64,000 bases of DNA from Azolla caroliniana (taxonomy: Eukaryota; Plantae; Polypodiophyta). Of the stretch, positions 33,979-47,271 are shown in pieces. The notes below the pieces were generated by a model. It was not told where the DNA came from, ran no database searches, and was given only the letters and a program-made list of their open reading frames with translations. Each line of letters starts with the position of its first letter. The first letter of the stretch is position 1. The position numbers and the translations under genes were made by a program. Where the stretch lies: assembly GCA_043228905.1 (NCBI GenBank), contig JBHGNT010000021.1:7874001-7938000 (forward strand), in the 5' to 3' direction.

Positions 33979-36900
33979 TGTCGAGCAGGCAAGCTCAACC
34001 GGATCCAAATCGGCTGAATAAGCCAGAGCCGGAACGGTATCCAGAATGGAGAACTGGATAAGTACTTGTGATCAGTGCTCGGATATATTGGTATCCGAAA
34101 CCTAGAGCCAGACCAATGAACCAGATCCTACTCCGACCGGATCATCGCGCAAGGGCACTGGGATGGAAGAATGTTGATCCTTGAAACCAATGATGTAGGC
34201 ACTGCTATGTTCGCGAAAGGGCAGAGGGTCGAATCGGACATCGACATGTGGCATAAGCGGACCAGCCATAAACTTTCGGAAGCTTCAGGAGATGCAGTCG
34301 AAACATGTGGTTTCCGGATTGCCGAAGTTCAGTGGACGAAAAAGCCAAATATGTGAAGCTTGCCAACTCGGGAAGCAGCATAGGTTTCCATTCCCCAATG
34401 AGAAGAATCAGAGCTGGAATCGACTCAATCTCATCCATTCGGATGTGTGGGGACCGACACAAAACGTGAGCATCAGCGTGAGTCTATATTTTGTCTCCTT
34501 CATCGACGATTTCGGTTGACACAGTTGGATCTATTTGATCAAGAAGAAGAGCGAAGTCTTCACGTGCTTCCGAGATTGAAAGGATTATGTAGCATGGGAA
34601 ACCGGAAGGAAGATCAAGTGCGTGAGATCGGATGGCGGAAAAGAGTACTTTTCCAGCTAGTTCACAAGTTATCTGCAGACCAAAGGAATTCGTCAAGAGT
34701 TCTCCTGCAGGTACACGCCGGAGCAAAACGGCGTGGCTGAACTTCGGAATCGGACATTAGTAGAAGCAGCAAGGACGATGCTAGAAGAAAAGTGCATGCC
34801 CCAGATTTATTGGGCCGAAGCAATTTGGATAGCCATATACATAAAGAATCAAATATCTACCTTAGGGACAAAGGTGTCGCCGCACGAACTATATTTCGAG
34901 CGGAAGCTGAATTTGGTGCACCTATGGGTATTAGGTAGCATTGCATATGTGCATGTACTGAATGAGAAGCATAAGAAATTGGATGCAAAATCCGAGAAGT
35001 GCATCCTGGTTGGCTACTCCAATGAGTAGAAGGGGTACAAGTGCTATAACCCCCAGTCGAAGCAAGTCTGAGTTAGTTGTGATGTCGTTTTTGACGAATC
35101 AGCATCATGGTATTACTCATCACCTGATCCCGAGTTAGCCGATTGCTATGGACAAAGCAACTGAATTCGGAACAGAAGGAAGCATAGAGGAATCCAAACC
35201 GGATAGTCCGACTTCACTCCGGATAAGTGGATCGAATCCAGACTGGTTGAGTCGAAGCGGTTAACCGGATGACGAGCCGACGAGTAGCGAAGACTCGGTC
35301 GTGCTCTCCATGCGTAAGGAACCGAGGAGACAGTTCATACGCAAGGAAAAAGGGAAGAAGAAGATGCTGAAATACAATAGCGACAGAGATGAGTCAGATT
35401 AGAGCGAATCTGGCTCAAGAAAGAACAAAGATGGATCTTCAGACGAGAAGTCTGAGTCGGCCAACAGGGCCAAGAAATCGAGAGAGAAGAAACTGTGCCG
35501 ATCCACTCGCCACAAGCACCTCGTAGTTCTATACGGATATAATGAGTATATGGCACATCATTATACGTACATGGTGAAGGTGGCAGACGTGCGTGAGCCA
35601 GAGAGCTATGCAGGAGCAACTAAGGGTCCGAACTGGCAGAAGGTCATGGAGGAAGAGATGCATAGGTTCACGGAGAATGAGATGTGGGACTTCGTGGATG
35701 TACTGAAAGGAGTGAAGCCAATCGGTTGCCGGTGGGTGTCTAAAGTCAAATACAATGCCGACGACTCCGTTAACAGGTACAAGGCCTGACTGGTGGCTAA
35801 AGGCTACACACAACAACACGGAATTGATTATGATGAGACCTTCACGCCAGTTGCGAAGATGACAACAGTCCGTGTCTTGCTTGCGGTGGCAACAATGAAG
35901 GGGTGGCATCTACATCAGATGGATGTGAAAAACGTGTTCCTGCAAGGTGACCTTGAGGAACATGTGTATATGGTTCAACCCCCCGGATTTCACGCTGGAA
36001 TGAATACGTCGGCTATTTGCCAATTGAAGAAGTACCTTTACGGACTAAAGCAAGCCCCGCATGCTTGGAATACAAAGATCACATAGTGACTGCGTTGGAT
36101 GGGGTTTGTTGCATCGAAGTTGGACTCTTCATTGTTCATACGGCGAGGTCGGCACAGGCCTGTAAGCATTTTGCTTTATGTTGATTACTTAGTCATCGTT
36201 GGCGCCGACCTCGAGGAAATCGATTGCGTCAAGTATGACCTCGCAACATCATTTGAAATGAAGGATCCCGGGGACCTTCATTACTTCCTCAGGATTGAAG
36301 TGATCCGCACCCTGGAAGTCATACTAATCAATCAACCGACAGGGGTTGCTATATCGGACTGGTGTAGCCAAATAGCTTGTTAGCTACACAGATGTCGATT
36401 GGGCCAGAAATGTCGGCGACTGTAGGTCTACATCCGGATACGCATTTTCACTTGGAAGCGTTGCGGTGGGCAGTAAGAAGTAACCGATAGTAGCACTGTC
36501 AAGCATAGAGGCCGATTACCGAGGAGCGGTTGCCGTGACATGTGAAGCCATATGGCTCAAGGGGCTCCTAAAGGATTTGCAATTGGAGGTGTCCAATCCG
36601 ACGACGATCTACTGCGACAACCTCACCAACATCCAGCTAGCGAAGAATCTCGTTTTCCACGCTCGGACCAAGCATATTAAGGTGCACTACCATTTTGTCT
36701 ATGATCGTGTCCTCTCCGGTGAAGTCGAACTTGTGTTGTTTCGACGAATCGATAGACTGCCGACATCTTTGGGTCTGCTTGGTCTCCAACAGCTCGATGT
36801 GCCGAACTTGAGGGGGACAAGTGAAGCCAAAAAGGAGGAGAGAGATGTGGATGTCCGGAAAACCGAATCAGATACCGAATTTGATTTTGGACCAACTGGA

Positions 36901-38511
36901 GAAGTCGGAATGTTCGAGCCAGTGGTTGAAGCTGAGGACGGATGGACATGTGCTTGGGCCAGAAATGCCGGCGACTGTAGGTCTACATCCGGATACACAT
37001 TTTCACTTGGAAGCGTTGCGGTGGCATGGAGCAGTAAGAAGTAACCGATAGTAGCACTGTCAAGCATAGAGGCCGATTACCGAGGAGCGGTTGCCGCGAC
37101 ATGTGAAGCCATATGGCTCAAGGGGCTCCTAAAGGATTTGCAATTGGAGGTGTCCAATCCGACGGCGATCTACTGCGACAACCTCACCAACATCCAGCTA
37201 GCGAAGAATCTCGTTTTCCACGCTCGGACCAAGCATATTGAGGTGCACTACCATTTTGTCTATGAGCGTGTCCTCTCTGGTGAAGTCGAACTTGTGTTGT
37301 TTCGACGAATCGACAGACTGCCGACATCTTCACCAAAACTCTCGGCCTGGACAAGTTTTGGTAATTTTTGGGTCTGCTTGGTCTCCAACAGCTCGATGTG
37401 CCGAACTTGAGGGGGACAGGTGAAGCCGAAAAGGAGGAGAGAGATGTGGATGTCCGGAAAACCGAATCAGATATCGAATTTGATTTTGGACCGACTGGAG
37501 AAGTCGGAATGTTCAAGCCAGTGGTTGAAGCTGAGGACGGATGGACATGTGCATATAGAGCGGACAAGTGGATACTTGTTAGATGCAGGGGGAGCGACCA
37601 CAAAGGGAAGACGGAGCCAAAGCCAACTGAAAAAGGGGAAGGTAAAGCCAACAGGGCCAAGAAGACCAAGGCCCGAACGTGGTCTGACGTGGTGAAGGGC
37701 ATGAAGGTTGAAGACAAATTGGAGATCGCCAATTCGGACAAGAGCTGGAACGAATCAGAGGCAGTTGATTCGGAGGAGCCAAATCAACATAAGGCCAAAC
37801 GGACGAGGAGGCAACGGAAGTCGACACCAACATGGAGGAGCCAGCGGGTCGAGAAGCGCCAGAACTGTGACAGTGAGGGAGCTGACAAGGGCCAAGGGAG
37901 CAGACAAATCGACCGAGTAGGTCGAGGTGTGCGAAATTGGATGGGTCGTGGGAAGAGGAACTGGACCAGACGAGGAGCACGAGCCAGGTGGGAAGATGCC
38001 AGGAGGAGCTGAAGGAAAGGACCGGTAGACACACATAGCGATGCGACATCAAGTTGAGCTTGAGGGGGAGTGTTGACCAGGCAAGCTTAACTGGATCCGG
38101 ATAGGCCTAATAAGCCAGAGCCGGATCAGTATCCAGAACGAAGAACCGGATAAGAAACCGGATCGGTATCCGGAACCTAGAGCCGGACTGGAGAACCGGA
38201 TCGTACTTCGGAATAGTGAGAACCGGTAGGCGGTTGGAGCCTACGATCCAAGCCTAGTACGTATGCATATTCCTTGGAGTTAGTGTCAGTCGCTCGTATG
38301 AGCATTGAAGTACATGTCATTCATTTTAAGGACTTATATAAAAAGTGTTCTGTAGGACATTTGTATGTATAGAGTGTTATTATTTTGAATTGAGTTTATG
38401 TTGTTCTGCTCTCTCTCCCCCGTGTATTCAAGCTTTCCATTAAACCTCCCATGTTCTGTTGTTAACCGGAGTAGCCGGTTTTGTCTTAGCTTCCGCACAA
38501 TATCTTTTACA
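33979..38511 (+). mobile_element. Ty1/Copia element E (family of D); 5' LTR truncated, PBS and gag deleted; TSD CATAT
   Basis: Partial LTR 33979-~34135, 3' LTR 38071-38511, PPT 38062-38070; CEACQLGK, HSDVWGP, HQMDVKN motifs; catat at 33974-33978 and 38512-38516. Confidence 0.9.
36399..37552 (+). repeat. Tandem duplication of the RNase H region (555 + 599 bp)
   Basis: 36399-36953 is near-identical to 36954-37552 apart from deletions in copy 1. Confidence 0.9.
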
Positions 38512-38516
38512 CATAT

Positions 38517-38760
38517 CCTCAACCATCTTGGAATACATGGGCACTCTCTTAAGGTTCATGCCCACGAAGAGAGAGTATCAATTATTCAACCAGCGGGCAA
38601 CCCTAAACCATAAAATGGATATGCACAGTGTAAGTTAGCAAGAGAACTAGATATACTTAGTAAGGTTAAAAGGTTGGTTTTAGTATAAAAGGAGCCTCTT
38701 TTCATGGGGTTCACCGAATATACCATTAACGCTAAGCAATGGGATAGCGATGTATTTATA
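38517..38760 (-). mobile_element. Probable upstream continuation of the LINE
   Basis: Contiguous with 33850-33973 and 29065 once TSD-flanked D and E are removed; highly decayed. Confidence 0.4.
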
Positions 38761-39359
38761 TTCTTAGCCCACCAAGTGGCATAGTTATAGTGTTGGATTG
38801 TTTATTGATCGTTAGTTGTGTCCTTATATACTACTATAACATATTTCTTATATAATCTTTGTACATTATCTTTATGTATCAACCTATGGAAATCAATAGT
38901 GTCATGAAACATTATTATTACCTCCTTCTTTCACTCTTCCTTGGTATTCTCAAGTTTATGTAGGGCATGCATAAGTGGACATAGACAAAGGGGGTGCAAG
39001 GACTATAGTTCATGCATTTAAGGTTGAATGTTCCTCATTGCATTTTGTTATCATCCCGAAAAGGACATTAAGAGTAAGTACATATTCATGAATGTAAAGA
39101 ACGAGAGTCTACAGTTCTACGAAAGATCAATTGTATATATGTGTTGAGAATCAAACTCAACTTACTCTAGGGTGTGAACACAGAATATGCAAGTATGTGA
39201 ACACACCACCATTCTGTAACAATAACTAATGTGTTATAGAATGTAAGTCCTATGACACATAGTTAATGAGTTAGTTAAGCTTTCCCCCTTCCCAAGAGGG
39301 TGTTTCAATGAGAGAATGTTGAGAGAGGGTGACCCTATAAGCACCCTCCTCTCTCCTTT

Positions 39360-40668
39360 TGTTTCGGCTTCTGTGCTCAACAGTGCGACTGTCGGTTGCT
39401 TCTTACTGCTCCACGATATGCAGCCGCTGCCAAGGGAGAAGACAAATCCTGATGTTGATCGTCAGTCGGCTTTGTCACTGGCCCAATCAGCATTGTTGTA
39501 CCCTTTGAGTCGAATCGATGTGACTGATTTTTAGAGGATGCCATAATCTATGGTCCCACTCGAATACCTTAGTACTCGCTTAGCACAGTCGAGGTGAACG
39601 TCACTCGGAATCTGCATGAACTGGTTAAGGAGGCCGACCGGGTAGTTGAGGTCGGGTTGAGTAATGGTGAGATAAATAAGGCCTCCAACAAGTTGCCGAT
39701 AGTATGTCGGCTGACACTCTTCTGTGCCGAAATCAACATCTAGCTTTAGATTTCGATCGAGAGGGGTAGCAACAAGCTTACACTCTGTCATCCCAAACTT
39801 GAAGAGTAGATTGAGAATATAGTGACATTGGGAGATAATGATGCCGTTAGGTGTCCGAATTACTTCTATCCCTAGGAAGTAATGGAGCTCCTTCATGTCC
39901 TTCATTTTGAATCGGCTAGAGAGTAGCTTCTTGGTATGCTTGATATCTCCGATGTGATCTCCTCCGATGACCAAGTCGTCCACATAAATTATGATGAATA
40001 GATTTCCTTTAGAGTCATTCTAGATGAACAAAGAATTGTCAGACTTGGACATTTTGAAGCTAATTTGATGAAGATAGTGAGTTATCTTCAAAGGCCATGC
40101 TCTAGTGCTTGCTTGAGACCGCAGAGAGGCTTTTTGAGTCAATAGACAACAATTGGATGCGTACTCGACTTGAATTCGGGTGCTTGTACCATGTACACCT
40201 CCTCTTATAACTCGCCCTGGAGAAAGACATTCTTCACGTCCATTTGGTGGAGGTGCCACCCTTTGGCTGCTACAAGCACGATCACGGTTCGAATGGTTGT
40301 CATCTTTACCACCGGGGCAAAGGTTTCTTCATAATCGACTTCGTGTGTCTGCGCATAGTCTTTTGCCACAAGCCGGGCCTTATACCGATTGACAATGTTG
40401 TTCGCATTGTGCTTCACCTTGAATATCCATCAGCATCTGATTGCCTTTTGATGGAGTGAAGGGGGGGGTGAGATCCCATGTCTCGGTTTTGGAGAGTGCT
40501 TGAATTTCCTCATTCATCTCTTCGAGGTCCTTTGCAGCTTTAGAAAAGGTTTCTGGCTCTCGGACTACCGCCACCTTCATCATGAATGCATAATGATATG
40601 CCATATAGTCATTGTAGCCGAATTGGTTGACTACATTCTTATCTCAGGTGGACCGACATGGTTGTTCA
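39360..40668 (-). pseudogene. pol: Copia F RT / RNase H fragment (D/E family)
   Basis: [38 protein letters not shown]. Confidence 0.85.
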
Positions 40669-41297
40669 TGAAAAAGAATACGTGTGTGATAGACACTGAG
40701 TACACAGTTGGTTTCGGAACTTAATAGTTAGGTAAACACAAAGAATGGTGAGAGAGAGAGAGAGAGCAAACAACAACTTCTATTTCAAATAATGAACACT
40801 CTGTACATATGTTGTGCTTAGTGAGCACTTTTTATACAAGCCCCTGATGAGTGGGCTGACACAAGTACCGTCAATACCTGAATGCTCATAAAAGAGCCTG
40901 ACACTAATTCTGCCTACAATAATCCAATCTACCATAATAGGAATATAGGCCCTCAACAACCTTTTCGGAATTCTTCTAACTCGTTCCACCCGAGTCGAAC
41001 TCTCTTCAATTCGGATCCTAGCTCTCGGCCCTCGGCTCTCAGACCTTGGCTTCTTCAGCTGATTAGACCCTCAACACTCCCCCTCAAGCTCAACTTTAGG
41101 TCTCGCCGTATCAGTTCCAACTGGTTTGTCATTCCAGTCTCTTCTCCTAGCGTCTTGACACCTCCCATGTGCTCCTTGTCCATTTCGACCTTGCATCCCT
41201 TGACCCCTTTGGTTTGACGCTCCTCGACCCGTCTAGTTCCACACACCTTGACCCTTACAGTCAGCTCGTCAGCTTCCAAGGCCCTTGTCAACTCCCT
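40669..41297 (-). mobile_element. Copia G 3' end: LTR ~40669-41076, PPT 41077-41085, pol-tail fragment
   Basis: LTR resembles the D/E LTRs; LKLSLRGSVE reads through the PPT. Confidence 0.7.
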
Positions 41298-42713
41298 TGT
41301 GATGGTGAATATGTATGCGGAAACGTAAGAGGACTTGTCTACGCTTACTCAGAAGACAACATAGAATGGAAGGAGGCGGAGACTTGCAGAGAATCGAGGT
41401 TTAATGGAAAGCTTTATTACATTCTCTCTCTCTCTTTGAGATTCAATAATAATGATCAAGAGTTGCTCTTTACAACATTAGGTTATTGCTTATATACTGA
41501 GCCCTAACTATGTGGACGAGTTCACACTTGGACGAGTACACCATCAAAGGAGTCGGCCTTTTATGCCAACAAACTCCCCCATAAAAGGACTACCCTTTCT
41601 TACATATACAAGTGTTTGGGGTTATCTCCCCCGTAAGCCTAGATCACAAAATTGATGTAAGTTTATGTTACAAGTCGGTCGGCCTGTAGCCGAGCCGGTA
41701 GAGGTACAATATGTGTCGTTATAGTTGTTCCGATTAGATCTTACCTTCTACTCCTCGTTCAGCTTTCTTTTGCTTGGTTGCTTTTCATAGTCCCATTTTC
41801 CTCCTTAGTGTTCCAAAGCGTTGATCTGGGAGTGGCTTCGTCAGGCAATCGACAATGTTCACCTCGGTGTCGATCTTCCATATCTCGAGTTTCTTCTCAG
41901 TTGTGAGCTCCCGGATGTGATGATACCGCACCTCAATGTGCTTTGTCTTTGCATGATAGACAAGATTGTTGATGAAGTGTATTGCACTCTATGAGTCACA
42001 ATAGATGGTTGGCGTTGGCTGATCGATTTGGCATGTAGCTGAGAAGTCGACAGATAGTAGGTGCAGCCAGATCCCTTCCTTCGTTGCTTCCGATGTTGCT
42101 ATGTACTCGATTTCTGTGGTAGACAACGTCATGCACTCTTGAAGTTTCAACCTCCATGATATCCTACCACCACCATAGGTGAAGATGTAGCCTGATGTTG
42201 ATTTCCAATTCTCAGTATTTCCAGCATAGTCAAAATCAGGGTAGCCTTTGACTTTGGCTAAGGTTGTCAGTCTGAAAGTCAATTGTGCATCGATGGTTCC
42301 TTTCAGATACCTAAGGATGTGCTTGACAACCTCCCAATGCTTCCGTCCTAGGTTTGACATGTACCGGCTGACCATCCCTATGGCATGGGCTAGGTCGGGT
42401 CGGGTCGCCACCATTGCATACATGATACTGACAGGAATGCACACTCCCTTCCACCACACTCGGCCACAACCAAGTCTAAAATCGAAACACAGAAAAAACG
42501 GATAATGAATGCACGACATAGAGGAGAGAAAAGAGTACACAGGATGTTTATGTGGAAAACCCAAACTAGGGAAAAAACCACGACAGCCCACAGACTGCGA
42601 ACTATCACTATATCACAAAGATTACAACAGTGAGCTCACGGAGGCAACGACCTCATGCTCACGATCTTCGCCACAGGCGGCGGTTACAACAGAGGCAACA
42701 ACCTCTTCGTTTC

Positions 42714-42748
<35 letters not shown>

Positions 42749-45600
42749 GTACACTGTTGCGCTCTAATCTAGCGTCAACAAGAATGACAACACCCACACA
42801 CACATACATACGCAACAGTTTGCCCTAAGTCATATTTATACTAAAATAACTTTTCGGCTATTTACAAATATAGCCCTGATGGACTCTCAGAAACATATTT
42901 ACGAATATGTCCCTTCATCCTGTGATCACTCTTCACCGGGTCTTCATCATCTGGTTCTCACAGGGTCATCCGTAGCCGGGTACTCCTCATCCGGTTCTCA
43001 CCGGGTCTTCATTATCCGGTTCTCACCGGGTCATTCGTAGCCGGGTACTCCTCATTCGGAGGGACCTGTTTCCTAACAGATACTTCCTACGGCCGATGCG
43101 TAGGGCATCTTTCCTTGTCCGTTGGAGGATACTCTCTGTCCAATAGTCTGATCGACATCGGAAGTGGTGTTGGTGTTGGCTTCACATTCTCCATGTTGAA
43201 GCGCTTCAACACTTTTCGGATGTAGTCGGACTGGGACAGTCGGAGAGTCTTAGTCGTCCGATTTCGCTCTATCCTCATGCCTAGTATCCTTCGGGCTTGT
43301 CCGAGTTCCTTCATCACGAACTTGCCATGAAGGCTCCATTTCAGCTTTCCGATCTCTGCTTCATTGCTTCCTGCAATCAACATGTCGTCGACGTATAGGA
43401 TCACATAGATCCTAGACTCGTGGGCCAGTTCCCGAACATACATAGATGGGTGGAGTCTGATCAGTGGTATCCAAGTTGCCTGATGTAGGATTCAAACTTC
43501 TTATACCACATCCTCGATGCTTGTTTCAAGCCATATAAACATTTCTTTAGCCGACATACGAGGTGACTGTCCTCCCCCGTCATCGTGAAGCCTGATGGTT
43601 GAGACATATATATGTCTTCTTCCAGTTCTCCATGTAGGAATACTGTCTTTACATCCAGTTGCTCGAGCTCTAGGTCTTTAGTCACCACCACTCCTAGGAG
43701 GAGTCAAAGGGTGGTCATCTTGACTACTAGTGAGAATATCTTGTCATAGTCAACCCCTTATTCTTATTTGAATCCCTTTGCAATGAGCTGAGCTTTGTAC
43801 TTGGGTTTTGGTGAGTCAGATACATACTTGTATCTGAACACCCATTTGCAAGGTAGCGGCTTCCTCCCGGCTGGTAGTTTGACTAGCTCCCATGTCTGAT
43901 TCTTTTGAATCGAGTCCATTTCGGATTTCATGGCTTGTAGCCATGTATCGGCGTTCGGTGCGGCCATAGCTTCTTCATATATGCTTGGTTCGTCTGCATC
44001 GGTGTAGTTGACATAGTCAAGGCCCGATTGATAGAACTTTGTTTGCCTTCGAGCTCATCTAGATCTCTTGAGTGGTGAGATGTTTGGTTTGTATCCTTCG
44101 ATCGGCTTTGTTGGTCGATTGGTATTTGTTGAACCACTTGTGTTAGGAGTCTTTTTGTTGGATGACTAGCCCCCATCGTGGGATTTTGGCGGTCTCATGT
44201 TGTTCTTCCCTGTGGACTTTGTCGACTTGGTTCTGACTTGCATCTTGTTGACTGTGCCTTTTTCGACTCTTGTCGATTCGGCCGTGTCTTTGATGGCTTT
44301 GTCTTTGAGTTCGACAATGGGACTTATTGCGGATTCGGTGTCGGCAGGGTATTTGTCAGCTTGTTGGAGTTCAACTGTTTGTCGAATCTCCAATTTCGCT
44401 TTGTGGGTTGGTTCTTCTATGACAACTTTGTCGTCTTCGAAGGATACCTTCTTACCAATTGTTCTCCACTGGTTCGTTTAAGAGAAGATAGAGTCTTCAT
44501 TGAAGACTATGTCACTGCTCCGGATTAGTTTCCGGTTCTTAGGGTCCCATAGCATGTAGCCAAATTCCCAATCGCTTCCATAACTGAGAAATATGCATTT
44601 CATTGCATGGGGTGCCAAATTTGTCCTTTTATCCTTGGGGATGAATTTATAGGCGTCACATCCGAATATACGGAGCCTATCATAGCTCGGTTGTTTGCCT
44701 GACCATAGTGCCTATGGCACTTCGAGCCTGAATGCTCTTCACGATGCCAAATTTATCAGGTATACTGCCGTCTGCAAAGCTTTTGCCCATAATTCCAGCT
44801 TTAGTCGGGCTTGCTGGAGCATTGCCGTCACCCTCTCCTAGATCGTTCTGTTGATTCGTTCTACCACTCCATTTTGCATGGGTGTGTAGGGAACGATCTT
44901 TTGATGTCAGATCCCTTTGTTGGACAGAAGGCTCTAGAGGTGTACTCGCCTCCATTGTCGGATCAGAGCGTCTTCACTCTGTATCCCGACCGGTTCTCCA
45001 CTTCAAATGTCCATCGAGTGAAGACCTTGAGCACTTCGTCTTTGGACTTGATGGAGTATGCCCAAAATTTCCGTGTACAGTCATGTACGAATGTGATGAA
45101 GTATCGGGAGCCTCCTAGTGATCGCTTTGGCATCGACCTGCATATATCTGTGTGCATGAGCTCTAGGGGTTGTCATACCGTCTCATAATGGAGAGTGTGC
45201 GGACTTTGGGTTTGTTTCCCATATCGACAATGCTCACAGAAGTCCATCTTTGCTTGGAGTTTCGTGATGTAGCCTACCGACATCAGCCGATCAAGTCCAG
45301 CTTGAGACATATGGCCGAGTTGGCCATGCCATAAGTTCGGGTCGGTCTTTTCGGCTACATTCATGGCCCCTTCAGGGTTGATCACCATCAATGGGTACAG
45401 GTTGTTATACTTGTACCCACTCTCGATTTTGAGGTTTCCTCGGTTGATAACCCATATTGACTCATTTAGAGTCGCACGATACCCGTCTTCAGCTAGCATG
45501 CCAATGAAGACTAGACTCCTTTTTAGATCGGGTACGTGTCGAACTTGGTGCAGGGTTATAGTGTTTCCATTTGGCAATCTGATGGGAATCTCTCCAGTCC
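41298..45600 (-). mobile_element. Copia H (Tnt1-like): 3' LTR ~41298-41571, PPT 41572-41580, INT-RT-RH pseudogene; 5' end lost
   Basis: LWHGQLGH, CEHCRYGK, HTDIC, QLDVKT, LYVDDML, TRPDLA, STTEIEY. Confidence 0.85.
42429..43078 (-). repeat. Solo LTR (A/B/K family) with TSD GATAC
   Basis: TG...CA, gatac at 42424-42428 and 43079-43083, no internal region. Confidence 0.92.
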
Positions 45601-47271
45601 ATCGTTGTGGTCTCTGTCCATCTCTGTCGTCTATCGGTTCGTCCTTGTCCAACGATGTCTGTCTGTGTCTTCGACTTTGTCCGGTCCGTCTGTTGGATCT
45701 GGCCATTATTGTCTTTCTAGTCCTCCAACCACTGTTCGGCTATCCGGCCCGTCGTTTTAGCATCATTGCCGTTTGGCCATCGCTTGTCGGGCCATTCCTA
45801 CCACTTTTCAGTGTGGTGTCGCCATTCCAGTTGTTGTGTAGCTGCTTCTCGAGCCGCTCCGGCTGTCTATCCGGTCGCTGATTTTTGTCGTCACTAGTTG
45901 TCCGTGTCCGACCCTATCTTTCCAGTCCTCCATTCATTCTTCCGTCCGTTTGTTTGTCTAGCCTGTTCGGTCCGACTGCCTCTGTTTTGGCACCGTTCGG
46001 CCACTCCGACCATTATGTGTCTTTGCACATTCCGGAAATTGATCCAACCGCTATCCGACGGCTGCCGCTTTGCCGCTGCCACTACCACTGTATGATCGTT
46101 GGTACATCCGGTCACTGTCTCTATCTGACCGGACCGCTGTTGGTCGGCCACCACTCTAGCTGTTGGTATGTGGCCACCGCCGTCCGATTGTCGTCCCGGC
46201 TCCGTCACCATTCCGAATGTGCGGCCCATTCCGATCGTCATTTGGCGATTCTTTGTCCAGCTCGTCTGGCCACTCAAGCCACTGTTCGGCTATTCCAGCC
46301 GCTTCGGCCGCTCCTCAGCCACTATTTGGCCGCTTGTCCGTCGTTCCAGCTCCATCTCCGACCGCTGCTGTCGTCCTTGTTTGGCCGTCTTCGTTTTCGT
46401 TTTCCTCTCCGGCCCCGTCATCGTTATCCAGAGTCTCGTCCGTTGTTCGACCTTCATTTTGGTGGCTGCTTTCCGGCCTCTCTAGCCTTTTCTGGTTCAT
46501 TGTCGTCTTCCGATCATTGTCCGATCCTTCGTCCCGGTTCTGTTGTCATCCTTGTTGGCTGGCCATCGTCAGGCATCGTCGTCATCTCTGTCGGCTTGTC
46601 GGGTCGCCGCCGCTTCATCCGACCGTCGGTTTGGTCGCTCTCCGACAGCTGCTCTGTCGCGGCTTGTTCGGTCCATTCTAACGCTGCCATTGTTAGGACA
46701 CTGCTCCTATGGCTGGTGTCCCTGTATAGGGTTTTTGGCCACCTCTATGCATTCTAGTCGTTGGCTAATGTGAGGCCATCCGATGTCCGCTCGTATGTCC
46801 AACCATTTTTGTCTCCCGTCTCTGTGTCCATCTGGCATGTTCGTCTTTATCCTTTTGGTTCTCTCGCACCATAGTTTCCTGCACACGCACATTATCGCTA
46901 ACTGCACGCTTGCACATATGTCTTTTGCGTATCCTTCTGCAACGTCCTCTCGCACAACATCACCATGTTGCATTCCTCGACCTCGACGGCTTCCAATCAC
47001 CATCACCATTTCCCACACATCGTCCATTTGATTTCTCGCACATTATCGCCATCATTCTCGCACAACTCGTTGTTGCCATGTCTTTGTCGCGTATTAGTCT
47101 TCGACTTCGTCTCCAAAGGGGGGTCGCCTTAGTGGTCGCCAAAAAGTGTTGTATGGTTTTAGGGTTAGGGTAGAGGATGGTGATGATAAATGATAATGTA
47201 TGTGTGATGATCATGGTGAGAGATCATGAAGAACAAGACAAGCATTGAGGGGTATTGTGGGGTGGGGTGTG
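45601..47271 (-). mobile_element. Gypsy-type 5' fragment I: LTR end at 47147, PBS TGGCGACCAC (47132-47141), long GC-rich leader
   Basis: Minus strand reads ...acaaca ctttt tggcgaccac, the same PBS type as Gypsy L; no recognisable ORF. Confidence 0.55.

Noticed and set aside
38760-39350. LTR-like AT-rich segments starting tgttgg / tgttga
   Set aside because: No partner LTR, PBS, PPT or TSD could be established.
45885-46757. 290-aa plus-strand ORF and overlapping ORFs
   Set aside because: No recognisable motifs; GC-rich, stop-poor sequence leaves several frames open, and it is antisense to the inferred element.
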